Shown: piece by piece, positions 10,339-19,482 of the stretch
Layout of the letters: the number at the start of each line of letters is the position of its first letter
How positions within the stretch are numbered: the first letter of the stretch is position 1
Virus record (IMG/VR): IMGVR_UViG_3300022752_000018
Coordinates: 64,001-128,000 of that record
Length of the DNA stretch: 64,000 nucleotides
Origin: a virus
Strand: one strand, 5' to 3'
Made by a program: the position numbers and the translations under genes
Notes under the pieces: model-generated
What the model saw: only the letters and a program-made list of their open reading frames with translations
The model's database searches: none
What the model was told of the DNA's origin: nothing

Positions 10339-11934
10339 TTAGTACTCCCCACAGTCTATCATTGTATCTACCAACTTTCCCGCTTTAATATAACCTCCCA
10401 CGTTCAAGTCTCTAGTAATTTGTGTATCGCCCTCTACTGCTAATTCATTTTGTACTTTCATTGAATCCTCTACCTCCAAGTTACTACTAACTCTGGCTTC
10501 ACCTTCAACATACAAACTATTGTTTACATCCACTATCCCATCAACTGTTAGCCTATTGCCGAAAGTTGTAGTGCCATCTACTATCAAATTATTATTAACA
10601 TTGGTTACACCTTGTTGGCTACCAATCTCAATATTTGTTGCCTCACCAGCAAAATTCACGTTCTTAGCCGTTTCATTTGCTAGATTAAATGTTTCTGTGC
10701 TGACTGTTAAGTCACCACCATCAATGTTGACATCTCCGTCAACATCTAAATTATTGTTAACATTGGTAACACCTTGACTACTACCAATCTCAATTACAGT
10801 AGCATCACCAGCAAAGTTCACTGTGGTTGCTACTTGGTTGGCCAAGTTAAATGTTGTAGTGCTAACTGTTAAATCACCACCATCAATATTAAGATCACCA
10901 TCAACATCTAAATCTTCACCGATATGGAAACTTCCATCTACGTTTAAATCACCATCAACATCTAAATCATTTCGAACATTTGTTGTACCTGTTGTTGCAC
11001 CAAGTATAATACTGGTTGCTGCTTGAGCAAAGTTCACTGTAGTAGCAGCATCTGGAATTAAATTAAATGTAGTACTAGTTGTTTTAAGTTCATCACCATC
11101 AATAACAACATCACCATCTACTTCTAAATTGTTATTAATATTAGTAGTACCGGTAGAAGCACCAATCTCTATGGTAGTAGCATTACCGCCAAAATTAATA
11201 GTTGTAGCAGTTGTGTTTAAAAGATTAAACACACTTTGATTAGTAGTTAAATCACCACCTTGTATTTCTAAATCTTTCTTAATTACAGCATTTTCTTCTA
11301 CAACAATATCGCCTTTTAAAGTAATTAATGTTGCTGGTAATGAAGAAACCATATTGGTAGTTTCTACTTTAAAAACACTATTAAATCCTTTTGGTCCTAC
11401 ATACCTCCAACCAGAAATATAAATCACACTGCTTGGAGTCATTCCTATAGGAATTGCATTATCACCAAAAAAGTTCAATACCCCTGCCTGATAATCAAAA
11501 AACCATTCTCCAGATAGTGCTGATCCATCCGCAAATATCTGTGTACCGCCATTTTTTGGATTCGATAGATTTGGGGGGCCATAAAAAACTTTAACCCTAT
11601 ACGTATTAATACTATTGAATGGATCAAATTCAGGAGGTATCCAATCTGTTAAACCAGTTTTCCAAGTTGGATATACATCATTTACTTTTACACTATTAGT
11701 ATCAGGTACACATTTGATACTTTTATCTTCTAAGTAACTCTGTAATAATCCAATTGTAGGACTTGCTGATTCTGGTATCAAATATGAATTGATCCATAAT
11801 GTATCACCTCTATTTAAACTGGGGCTTGGTATAGACTCATTGCTCGGACTTTTACGTAGAGGTGTATCTGTCTTAGCAACACCTACTAATTTCTTTAACA
11901 ATAAATCTACTTTTGTTTCAAGTGATACAGTCAT
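10339..11934 (-). CDS. Virion structural/fibre protein with ~46-aa beta-repeats
   Basis: 531-aa ORF with repeats of the type DVDGDxxIDGGDLTVSTTTFNLANxxATTVNFAGxATxIEIGxxxGxTNVNNNL. It lies in the late structural cluster. Confidence 0.7.
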   Translation of the reverse strand: MTVSLETKVDLLLKKLVGVAKTDTPLRKSPSNESIPSPSLNRGDTLWINSYLIPESASPTIGLLQSYLEDKSIKCVPDTNSVKVNDVYPTWKTGLTDWIPPEFDPFNSINTYRVKVFYGPPNLSNPKNGGTQIFADGSALSGEWFFDYQAGVLNFFGDNAIPIGMTPSSVIYISGWRYVGPKGFNSVFKVETTNMVSSLPATLITLKGDIVVEENAVIKKDLEIQGGDLTTNQSVFNLLNTTATTINFGGNATTIEIGASTGTTNINNNLEVDGDVVIDGDELKTTSTTFNLIPDAATTVNFAQAATSIILGATTGTTNVRNDLDVDGDLNVDGSFHIGEDLDVDGDLNIDGGDLTVSTTTFNLANQVATTVNFAGDATVIEIGSSQGVTNVNNNLDVDGDVNIDGGDLTVSTETFNLANETAKNVNFAGEATNIEIGSQQGVTNVNNNLIVDGTTTFGNRLTVDGIVDVNNSLYVEGEARVSSNLEVEDSMKVQNELAVEGDTQITRDLNVGGYIKAGKLVDTMIDCGEY

Positions 11935-11942
11935 TTCTTATC

Positions 11943-14804
11943 CTAAATTGTACTTTCACCTAATGTTAAACGAGTTATACCTTGTCCTGCATTTAATTTA
12001 ATTCTTACCCAAATTTCATTATTTGTAGCATTTGTACTGTTTACAATCCCAAAACTACAATTATATGTGTTAGTGCCCGTAGCTGAGGGATCCATATTAC
12101 CACCTAAAGCACAGCCATTAGCTAAACTGTTATCAATCCTTAAATCTAGCCATTTATTAAGACTGCTAATAGTTCCACTTGTTATTCCAGTCGCTGAATT
12201 GAACCCTGTACCTGGCATGGCACAAAATATTGCTGCTACTCCATTTGTAGTTGCTTGGGGATCAGTGGTATATGTTATACTAAATTTGCTTACACCCTGT
12301 CTTACAAATCTAAATGTAAAATATTGAGCTATGGAAGAACTTCGACCAAGAAGAGGATCACTTAGATTAGGACCTATTGGTAAGTAGCCTGTTGAATAAT
12401 CTGTTAGATCATGTTTAAGGCTATGAACGCCTGTCCTTACTCCAACAACTACAGCATCAGTTTTCTGCAACATTGAGGTTTGGCTGTTGAAGAATGTACT
12501 TCCTGCTGTAAATATTGGGGTATCCTGATTAGGAGTTCCCAAATCTGGATTTTGACATCTTGCAGCAGGACCACTACCATTACCTATTGGTGAAGTAAAA
12601 CAAATATCAGTTTCATTTAGGAAAGATGTTGAACCAGCTTTGTCAGTTCTATATAATATTTTTTTACCTAAAGGTGGAAAAACACTATCAGCTATACCAT
12701 AACTATTGTGAGCTCTAATTGTTGGCACAGTAGTAGTAGTATTCCACGAACCAAAATTATTAATAATATTGACTGTATACACTGTAGAATTTGGTCCAGT
12801 TCCGTTGGACACTGTCATATCTTCAGGCAAATATGTATAACCCAAATTAGTGTAATTTTTATTTCCTGAACTAGTCCAAGGACCTACAGCTGATGTTGTT
12901 AATATTTGTTCACCTAAATTATTATGATTTGTTAGACCTGGATTCCAATCCAAATCAAAACCAAGTTGATATACAGTATCATCATCATAATGAGGTATAG
13001 TGCTGCTATATGTCAAACTTTCAGTTTTTAAAACAAATGACTCATTAGTAAATACAGGATTAGATGCAACCGTATCATCATAATACCAAATTCCTATATT
13101 TGATTCCTCATCACCTATTGTTGTTTTCTTAAATGTTCCATTCTCTAAAACTATCCCAGTGTGTTCTATTTGAATAGTGTTCCATCCAGGTAAGGCTGAC
13201 GCACTTGCATTAATTTGTATATCAAATACTTCATGAAATCCTGGTGTATCCAAAGGATATGCTAGATTATTACCTATATTCATTGCTACGGATCCATCGA
13301 AGCTATAAAATGAACCAGTGTCGTTAGCAGTTTCAAATCCCACTGTGCCTGTTCTTGGTTCAAGAGGGTTTGGTATAAAATCGCTACCTATAGTACCTGT
13401 TATTTTATTGTATAATTTTAACTTTAAAGTTTTACTAGTAACAGCATCTATATAATAACAAGTTCCATCAGGACCTAAACCACCGAATGTTGTTCCTTGA
13501 TTTGTAATTTGTATTATGTGTCCTGGAACTAGAACACCTAGACTAGGCTGAATATATCCAACTAAACTACTACCAACTGTGGTTGTCTTAAGTACTGATT
13601 TAATAACTTGAGTACTATTGCCGCTGGTTAATCTTTTAGTAATAATAGGAATTGTGTTTAATTTAAGAATTAGATCACCCTTGTTACCTGGACCAGAAGC
13701 AGTTATAATATTTGTAGTAAAGCTATGAGCACGTATGACATAAACAGCAGTACCTTGATTCACAGCAGTTATATTGTTACCATTCAAAGGTTGATCAGCA
13801 GGCACCTGTCGTAAGATTCTTTTTTGGAAATACCCTTCTCCATTATATCCACCTATTATAAATAAATTTTGATTATTTGGAAAATCTGGTGGGGCTAATG
13901 GCACTAGTAAGGTTAATGTTAGATTCAACTGTGCCACTCCATCTGTTAGACTGGTATTTTCTGTCATTTCAACAGCACCGTCTAATATTCCGTATTCTGG
14001 TTCTCCAAGCAAAATATAATTAGCATTATCAGTGGCTATGTCACCTAGCACATTAAGATCTTTATGTACTCTTGTTTTATTAAAACATTCTATTATACCA
14101 TTTCCTTTAGTGCTTAAAGCTAAATGACCATTGTTATTAAGATTAGTAATTTCAGTATAATTTGATGCTACATCAATAGCGTTAAAAACTTTCGCAAGTT
14201 TGGATCCAGAACCTGGTATTGATGTTTGTGTTATTGGAAAAAATATATTACCTGCTTTTATTGGATCACCTAAACGCATGTTGTCCACATAGACTCTGCG
14301 CCAAGATCTTCCATTTGTTATACTACCATCTTCCCCTATATCATATGCTTTAGGAGTATTAGGTATAATGTTACTGTTTATGTCAGCTCTAAAAACAATA
14401 TCATCAGTATCTGAATCACCTAATACTAAACTACCATCAGCGGTGATACTACCATTAGCGTGTAGGTTTCCATCTACTAAAACATTGTTTTTAATTGTAA
14501 TCCTATCATTAGTTGTTCCAGCCTGTAACTCCAAATCACCTAATGTTGTTTTTATTTTATTTTGAGTTATAGTAACCAGATCAGCTGTTAAAAAATCAGT
14601 ATCTATTTCATCAAGAAAAGCCTTACCAGCTACATCTAATACGTGATTTTCTTTTGGATTACTGGTTTTAATACCAATTCTATGGTTATCGGAATCGTCC
14701 TTAGGTACAAACAAATAAAATAAGTCATTCTCGAATCTCAAATTTACTCCATCACGAAGTAAATTCTCCTTCAAGAGCTGACCTGAAATACGACCAATGG
14801 TCAT
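11943..14804 (-). CDS. Virion structural protein (953 aa)
   Basis: Long ORF with GGAG SD, rich in Thr/Gly/Asn/Ser and beta-like, preceded by a late promoter (14933-14940) and a structured leader. Confidence 0.65.
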   Translation of the reverse strand: MTIGRISGQLLKENLLRDGVNLRFENDLFYLFVPKDDSDNHRIGIKTSNPKENHVLDVAGKAFLDEIDTDFLTADLVTITQNKIKTTLGDLELQAGTTNDRITIKNNVLVDGNLHANGSITADGSLVLGDSDTDDIVFRADINSNIIPNTPKAYDIGEDGSITNGRSWRRVYVDNMRLGDPIKAGNIFFPITQTSIPGSGSKLAKVFNAIDVASNYTEITNLNNNGHLALSTKGNGIIECFNKTRVHKDLNVLGDIATDNANYILLGEPEYGILDGAVEMTENTSLTDGVAQLNLTLTLLVPLAPPDFPNNQNLFIIGGYNGEGYFQKRILRQVPADQPLNGNNITAVNQGTAVYVIRAHSFTTNIITASGPGNKGDLILKLNTIPIITKRLTSGNSTQVIKSVLKTTTVGSSLVGYIQPSLGVLVPGHIIQITNQGTTFGGLGPDGTCYYIDAVTSKTLKLKLYNKITGTIGSDFIPNPLEPRTGTVGFETANDTGSFYSFDGSVAMNIGNNLAYPLDTPGFHEVFDIQINASASALPGWNTIQIEHTGIVLENGTFKKTTIGDEESNIGIWYYDDTVASNPVFTNESFVLKTESLTYSSTIPHYDDDTVYQLGFDLDWNPGLTNHNNLGEQILTTSAVGPWTSSGNKNYTNLGYTYLPEDMTVSNGTGPNSTVYTVNIINNFGSWNTTTTVPTIRAHNSYGIADSVFPPLGKKILYRTDKAGSTSFLNETDICFTSPIGNGSGPAARCQNPDLGTPNQDTPIFTAGSTFFNSQTSMLQKTDAVVVGVRTGVHSLKHDLTDYSTGYLPIGPNLSDPLLGRSSSIAQYFTFRFVRQGVSKFSITYTTDPQATTNGVAAIFCAMPGTGFNSATGITSGTISSLNKWLDLRIDNSLANGCALGGNMDPSATGTNTYNCSFGIVNSTNATNNEIWVRIKLNAGQGITRLTLGESTI

Positions 14805-14932
14805 AAACGCTCCCCATAACCCCGTGTTTCACGGTTAACCTTTGTTTGAACTTTCGCTCGCATCCCTTACGGGCTCTTTGCCGGTTTACCACAGTTTGAT
14901 AGACCAAACAACTTCGTTGTCTGTTCAAATAT

Positions 14933-14940
14933 TATTTATC
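14933..14940 (-). promoter_or_regulatory. T4-type late promoter (GATAAATA)
   Basis: Intergenic TAAATA core upstream of the structured leader and the 953-aa ORF. Confidence 0.7.
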
Positions 14941-14955
14941 AAAACTTGAAAAATA

Positions 14956-15588
14956 TTAGTCAAATCCGTGAATTACAAGAATACTTTTACCTATTGGTGG
15001 TGCTTCTGTAAATGCTAGATATTTTCCGTCTGGGTAAGGGCCTCCAGTAGCGTTTACTGGTATACCTGTCCTTTCAATCAACTTATAATTTATAGGTGGT
15101 ATTTGAAAAACATTTTCTACATAAACAAAAATACTGCGTTCTGTAAATGGAGGCTGATTTTGCGGACCTATTAAGGGTCCAAAATACTTTTCCACTCCGT
15201 CTACATAAGTTTGAGTAGGATCAAAATTTGCAAGAGGCGTAGGAATAAAAAATTGATGTACAATATTTGCTGGTTCTTTAGCTCTTAACTGTAACCATCT
15301 TTCTTCACTGTAAATTTCTAAAGCCTGCAAACTGGTATTATAACGTAAAAGACCACTTCTATCATATGGAGCCAAGGGTCTTTCATTTTCAGGAGTGCCA
15401 GCAGTGAATGCTGGGTTGCCTGTTCCAGTGGGAATCCTCAATGCTCTTAATATGCTTACCCCTGATGGTCTTGGTAAAGGAGCCGCTGGATTTGGGATAT
15501 CCATAATAATTTGACCATCTGTTCTATAAGTTAATTCTAAACTATTTGCAGATTGCCTATTCAGTTTGAGTTGACGATAAAATTTCAT
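14956..15588 (-). CDS. Putative virion structural protein (210 aa)
   Basis: Contains ERP..GLLRYNTSLQALEIY..ERW, a motif common in phage fibre/structural proteins. Its start overlaps the stop of the upstream ORF. Confidence 0.55.
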   Translation of the reverse strand: MKFYRQLKLNRQSANSLELTYRTDGQIIMDIPNPAAPLPRPSGVSILRALRIPTGTGNPAFTAGTPENERPLAPYDRSGLLRYNTSLQALEIYSEERWLQLRAKEPANIVHQFFIPTPLANFDPTQTYVDGVEKYFGPLIGPQNQPPFTERSIFVYVENVFQIPPINYKLIERTGIPVNATGGPYPDGKYLAFTEAPPIGKSILVIHGFD

Positions 15589-15926
15589 TATGCTACTCTA
15601 ACAATACTTAAAATTACGCTCATATCTGTATTGGTAGCTGCTGCATATATAGCATCACCGTTACCTAAAATTATTTTTTCTGTATCTAGTGCGAATGTAT
15701 CTAATGGACTGATATTTAAATTTTTAAAAATTGTGGTTGTATTTGTTGGTGTTGACCCTACAGGCACTAGATATACTGTTAGGTTGCTGGGATTGCTACT
15801 TAAATTACAAAAAAACATACTAGTAATAGCATAACTGGTACCCGGGTACTTTGAAATAAAATCTCCTCGATTACAATGAAATATCAATGTAGCATTTTGA
15901 CCTATAGCAGCACTTAATAATGCCAT
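15588..15926 (-). CDS. Small beta-rich hypothetical virion protein (112 aa)
   Basis: ORF in a tightly packed co-directional late cluster, with AAGGA SD. Confidence 0.55.
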   Translation of the reverse strand: MALLSAAIGQNATLIFHCNRGDFISKYPGTSYAITSMFFCNLSSNPSNLTVYLVPVGSTPTNTTTIFKNLNISPLDTFALDTEKIILGNGDAIYAAATNTDMSVILSIVRVA

Positions 15927-15935
15927 GACTTATCC

Positions 15936-17051
15936 TTAAAATATTAATCCATAAACTAGAGCTTTAGTAGCACTACAAAGCTCGTCCTGCGTACTTTGAT
16001 TTGAAAAGTACAATCCTGTTCCACCTGCACCCTGATCTTCCCTACTAAAAATTCTATTCTTATTGGATTCTGGTTGTGGATTGGGCTGTAACGGTGATAA
16101 ATGTTCTATACTTATTTGACTCTTTAGTTCTACTACACCTGTGCTAGGGTTTAACACTAAAGGTCCGTTATCTGTTTCAATTATGGAATATCTATAATCA
16201 AAAACACCTTGTGGTTCATGTGTATAAAGTTTCAAATGAGCATTATTAGCTGCTATTGATCTAGAATCTCCAATAAACAAACCATATCTGTTGAAACTAG
16301 CTACTTCAAATATGCTTCTAGTTAAACCCAAGGACCCATTAGGTCCTGGTAATCCTACTCCTATTGTAAAATATATCCCTGTTCTTATATCGCCTGCAAT
16401 GACATCTTCAGCTCTTGATCCAGTTCTTGTGCTATAAAAAACATCATTATCTTCATAATATCTATTATAAGTTTCAATTACAGCAGCACCAGCTTCGGCT
16501 CTAACATAATCTCTGATAAAAGCAACGTTGGGCACATCATTGTCATCACCAATTCTACTTTCATAAGATTCAACACCTGATGATTTTACCTTTATAATAC
16601 CTTCACCAACCTGAAAATGTAAATCACTATTCCTAGTTTGTATATGATTTGTGGCAAGTCCTAATAATTTATTTGATCCCATTTCTTTTAAAATAAAAGT
16701 TCCTCGATTTAAGTCAGCGGAATTAGGAGGATAATAATCTAGTGTATTATCTTCATCGTATAAAAATTGAACCCCAGGTAAAGTACCTCTGCGTATTTCA
16801 ATACCTGCAGATTCTAAAAGGATGCCTTCATGAAGAGATTGAGTTGAAGTTTCATTTTCATTTCTATTAATAACAATGATATTATCTTCAACATTCATCT
16901 CTCTAATGTTTAGCTGAGTTCTTTCACCCTCTACAATTAAATCACCAGTTACTCGTACCTGACCTGCTTCTCCAGTATCTAGTAGAATTTCTTTACCGGC
17001 TTGGGTTATTATCTTATAACCACCTTCTTGAATACGTAAAACTTTTGACAT
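15936..17051 (-). CDS. Putative virion structural protein (371 aa)
   Basis: The segment VRVTGDLIVEG...VEDNIIVINRNE...AGIEIRRG is typical of T4-like phage structural/fibre proteins. Part of the late cluster. Confidence 0.55.
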   Translation of the reverse strand: MSKVLRIQEGGYKIITQAGKEILLDTGEAGQVRVTGDLIVEGERTQLNIREMNVEDNIIVINRNENETSTQSLHEGILLESAGIEIRRGTLPGVQFLYDEDNTLDYYPPNSADLNRGTFILKEMGSNKLLGLATNHIQTRNSDLHFQVGEGIIKVKSSGVESYESRIGDDNDVPNVAFIRDYVRAEAGAAVIETYNRYYEDNDVFYSTRTGSRAEDVIAGDIRTGIYFTIGVGLPGPNGSLGLTRSIFEVASFNRYGLFIGDSRSIAANNAHLKLYTHEPQGVFDYRYSIIETDNGPLVLNPSTGVVELKSQISIEHLSPLQPNPQPESNKNRIFSREDQGAGGTGLYFSNQSTQDELCSATKALVYGLIF

Positions 17052-17052
17052 T

Positions 17053-17457
17053 TTATAATGGTATCAATACTAGTGTATCACCACTGCTATCTTCATAGTT
17101 GCTTAAAAACCATTTGTAACGATTACCATTAAAATCAGTTGCCAAACGCTTAGTTAACTTGGCTATAGCTATATTTCCAGGTGTTGTACCTTGAGTACTA
17201 CCTAACATAACAATATCACCGTCTGCTACTACACTAGGAGCTAGTACGCCCAATCTCATTGTAGTTCCGTCACGGCTAACAATATATGTTTTTGCTCCAC
17301 GCTGTTTTACTAAAAAATAATCTGAATTTGTAGTACCACTAAATCTGCCACTTATTCTGATTCCTGCACTTGAATCAACAGCAGCTCCTGCAATACTACC
17401 ACCAAACGTGCCAAGCACTTTAACACCGTTTACATCTTTGGTTAATGGACGTCCCAT
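17053..17457 (-). CDS. Putative virion (head decoration-like) protein (134 aa)
   Basis: Strong AGGAG SD and its own late promoter at 17523-17530. First gene of the structural cluster downstream of gp23. The decoration role is an inference from position. Confidence 0.55.
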   Translation of the reverse strand: MGRPLTKDVNGVKVLGTFGGSIAGAAVDSSAGIRISGRFSGTTNSDYFLVKQRGAKTYIVSRDGTTMRLGVLAPSVVADGDIVMLGSTQGTTPGNIAIAKLTKRLATDFNGNRYKWFLSNYEDSSGDTLVLIPL

Positions 17458-17522
17458 TGTTTTCTCCTATATTGACGTTCTAAGTCTACGCTGCGGGTAC
17501 AGCATAAGTCCTTACGACTAAT

Positions 17523-17530
17523 TATTTACC
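17523..17530 (-). promoter_or_regulatory. T4-type late promoter (GGTAAATA)
   Basis: Upstream of the 134-aa ORF and its leader. Confidence 0.65.
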
Positions 17531-18207
17531 TATTTTTTAAATTCTGGATCCTTACCATCTGTATGTTTTATAGTAGAAAGATGCCCTCTTGGACCATATA
17601 TGGCACCACGAATAGGACTGGCTGTCAAGTATTCTTCTAAACCATACTCGTTACCAAAACCTATATAATGAGTGTGCATGGCTGCTTCATCTATCCATCT
17701 CTGTCTATTAATAATATGAGGATTATTACTAACCTGTTTTACCATAGCATAGGGAAAAACGCTACCTTCATAGTCCTCCCAATCAATATCATGGCCAAAA
17801 CTAGCATGTGCATCTGGTTCATTTACGGGCTTTCTATTGAATCTCAAATGTAAAATATTATCTTTACGCATGCCATCTAATATTTGATCTAGGGTATGAG
17901 GTATACGATCAGCATAAAATTCCCAATCATGTTCTAACATAAACAAAAATTCTGCTGTACTTCCTCTTGCTGCCATATGATAACCGTGGCTAAGTCCGCC
18001 TACCTCTGTGTTTACAATAGGGAATAATGTTCTTAATTTTTCAATATATTCTTCACAACGTTCTTTGTTTGGGTTACGATCACACCAAACTGTTACAGGC
18101 ATTTCCTTCTTCCAAGTTTCCTTAAAACTACGATAAGTGTTTTCAATATGCCAAGTATCAGGTGCGTTAACTGTTGAGTTGGTAAAAATATGCAATTCTA
18201 TGTCCAT
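17530..18207 (-). CDS. GT-A fold glycosyltransferase (family 2-like)
   Basis: FLFMLEHDWEF resembles a GT-A DxD-equivalent motif; LRFN and SNNPHI segments also fit. Start moved to ATG 18207 (AGGA SD) because the track start at 18249 lies inside the gp23 terminator. Confidence 0.6.
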   Translation of the reverse strand: MDIELHIFTNSTVNAPDTWHIENTYRSFKETWKKEMPVTVWCDRNPNKERCEEYIEKLRTLFPIVNTEVGGLSHGYHMAARGSTAEFLFMLEHDWEFYADRIPHTLDQILDGMRKDNILHLRFNRKPVNEPDAHASFGHDIDWEDYEGSVFPYAMVKQVSNNPHIINRQRWIDEAAMHTHYIGFGNEYGLEEYLTASPIRGAIYGPRGHLSTIKHTDGKDPEFKK

Positions 18208-18230
18208 AAACATTCCTAAAAATATGTTTG

Positions 18231-18238
18231 TATTTAAT
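18231..18238 (-). promoter_or_regulatory. T4-type late promoter variant (ATTAAATA)
   Basis: Directly after the gp23 terminator and 24 nt before the glycosyltransferase ATG. Confidence 0.5.
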
Positions 18239-18266
18239 AAAAAAGGCACCGTAATTGGTGCCTTTT
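18237..18266 (-). terminator. Rho-independent terminator after the major capsid gene
   Basis: Perfect 10-bp stem AAAAGGCACC/GGTGCCTTTT (18241-18250 / 18257-18266) with a 6-nt loop, followed on the minus strand by a T-tract. About 25 nt after the gp23 stop. Confidence 0.85.
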
Positions 18267-18290
18267 AAAAACAAATTTCTTAGTTTGAGA

Positions 18291-19472
18291 TTAACTAAAC
18301 TTGACGTTAGGACGATTAATTCCTACCTTGCCTAGATAATCTGCTGCGTTACCAAGAGAACTTGCTGTATTTGTCAACTCTACATAACCATAACGTGTCA
18401 TAAATGATACGACTGGTTCGAAGGTTGATGGATCTAATACAACACCACTGCTCATCAATGGAATGTATGGGCAATAAAATGCTGGGGCATCGCTTTCGCT
18501 ACTTCCCTTGTATCCAACAATGATTGGATCAGCATCACTGGCATATGTGTTAACATATACTTTCATAGCGCCATTCAATGTACCAACAAACTTGGTGTTA
18601 GTTGGTGCTTCAAATGTACCTTCTGTTGTACGAGCAAATGCGCTTGTTGTAGCACTTTGTAGAATAGTCAGTGTTAATGGACTTACTACTGCCCAGTTAG
18701 CAGCACCACGACGTGTGCGTTGAGCAATAATATTAGCAACACGGTTGATTAGAACTGCTAGAGCAGCGTGTTCATCACCAACGAATGTAGCTGTACCACT
18801 TACTGTTGCTTGGTCAAAAGTTACTAGAGCAGTACCTGCCAATGTGCTTAGGCTTTGTAAGATTTCCTGATCGATTTCAGCAGTAATTTCCTGTGCTAGA
18901 GCAGCCATAATTTCTGCTTCGATGTCAATGCCTTGTTGGGCTTGTGCATCTTGTGCAGCCTCAAATGTCCAGCGAGCACTTAACTTACGAGTTTTCGCTT
19001 CAACGGTTTGCTTGAGGATCTGAATGCTCATTCTACGACCAGCCACACCCTCCATGGTCGCTGTACTAGCGGCTTTACCACTAGCAGCACCGGAGTACTG
19101 TTCAGCAATCTTGAATGGGCTTAGTGCCTCTTCACCAGCTACGGTTCCAACTGCTCCATCAGGTCCTGTGCCAACAGAATCGGCATAACGAACTCTTAGA
19201 GTATGGATTTGACCAACTGGTCCAGTTAGTGGTTGTACACCAACCAACTCGTTAGCAATAACGGTTGGCATAACACGACGGATCACTGGAAGAATCACGC
19301 GGTTTAATGTTGCGACGTTGCCAGCAGACGTAGTACCAGCGCTTGCAGTTTCTGCAAGATACTTACGAGTATTCTCTAGAGTTACACCCATCACTGATTT
19401 CTTTGTGCCTTGGAGACCTTCTAGTAGCGCCTCTTTTGTCTCCTGCCAACGCTTTGTTAGTAGTTCAGACAT
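18291..19472 (-). CDS. gp23: Major capsid protein, T4 gp23 family
   Basis: Motifs LPVIRRVMPTVIANELVGVQPLTGPVGQIHTLRVRY, VEAKTRKLSARWTFEAAQD, EITAEIDQEI, FYCPYIPL and FMTRYG. Confidence 0.96.
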   Translation of the reverse strand: MSELLTKRWQETKEALLEGLQGTKKSVMGVTLENTRKYLAETASAGTTSAGNVATLNRVILPVIRRVMPTVIANELVGVQPLTGPVGQIHTLRVRYADSVGTGPDGAVGTVAGEEALSPFKIAEQYSGAASGKAASTATMEGVAGRRMSIQILKQTVEAKTRKLSARWTFEAAQDAQAQQGIDIEAEIMAALAQEITAEIDQEILQSLSTLAGTALVTFDQATVSGTATFVGDEHAALAVLINRVANIIAQRTRRGAANWAVVSPLTLTILQSATTSAFARTTEGTFEAPTNTKFVGTLNGAMKVYVNTYASDADPIIVGYKGSSESDAPAFYCPYIPLMSSGVVLDPSTFEPVVSFMTRYGYVELTNTASSLGNAADYLGKVGINRPNVKFS

Positions 19473-19482
19473 TTCTTTCTCC

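Noticed and set aside
246-10388. Many short plus-strand ORFs in the track
   Set aside because: They are antisense shadows of the giant minus-strand fibre gene, lack SD sequences, and have compositions that mirror its codons.
14840-14892. Resemblance to a c-di-GMP-I riboswitch (GGTAAACC...GNRA...GGGATGC)
   Set aside because: The P2 geometry and P3 tetraloop receptor do not fit the consensus. Kept only as an unassigned structured leader.
18208-18249. Track start of the glycosyltransferase at 18249
   Set aside because: It lies inside the gp23 terminator stem; ATG 18207 has an SD and a promoter upstream.
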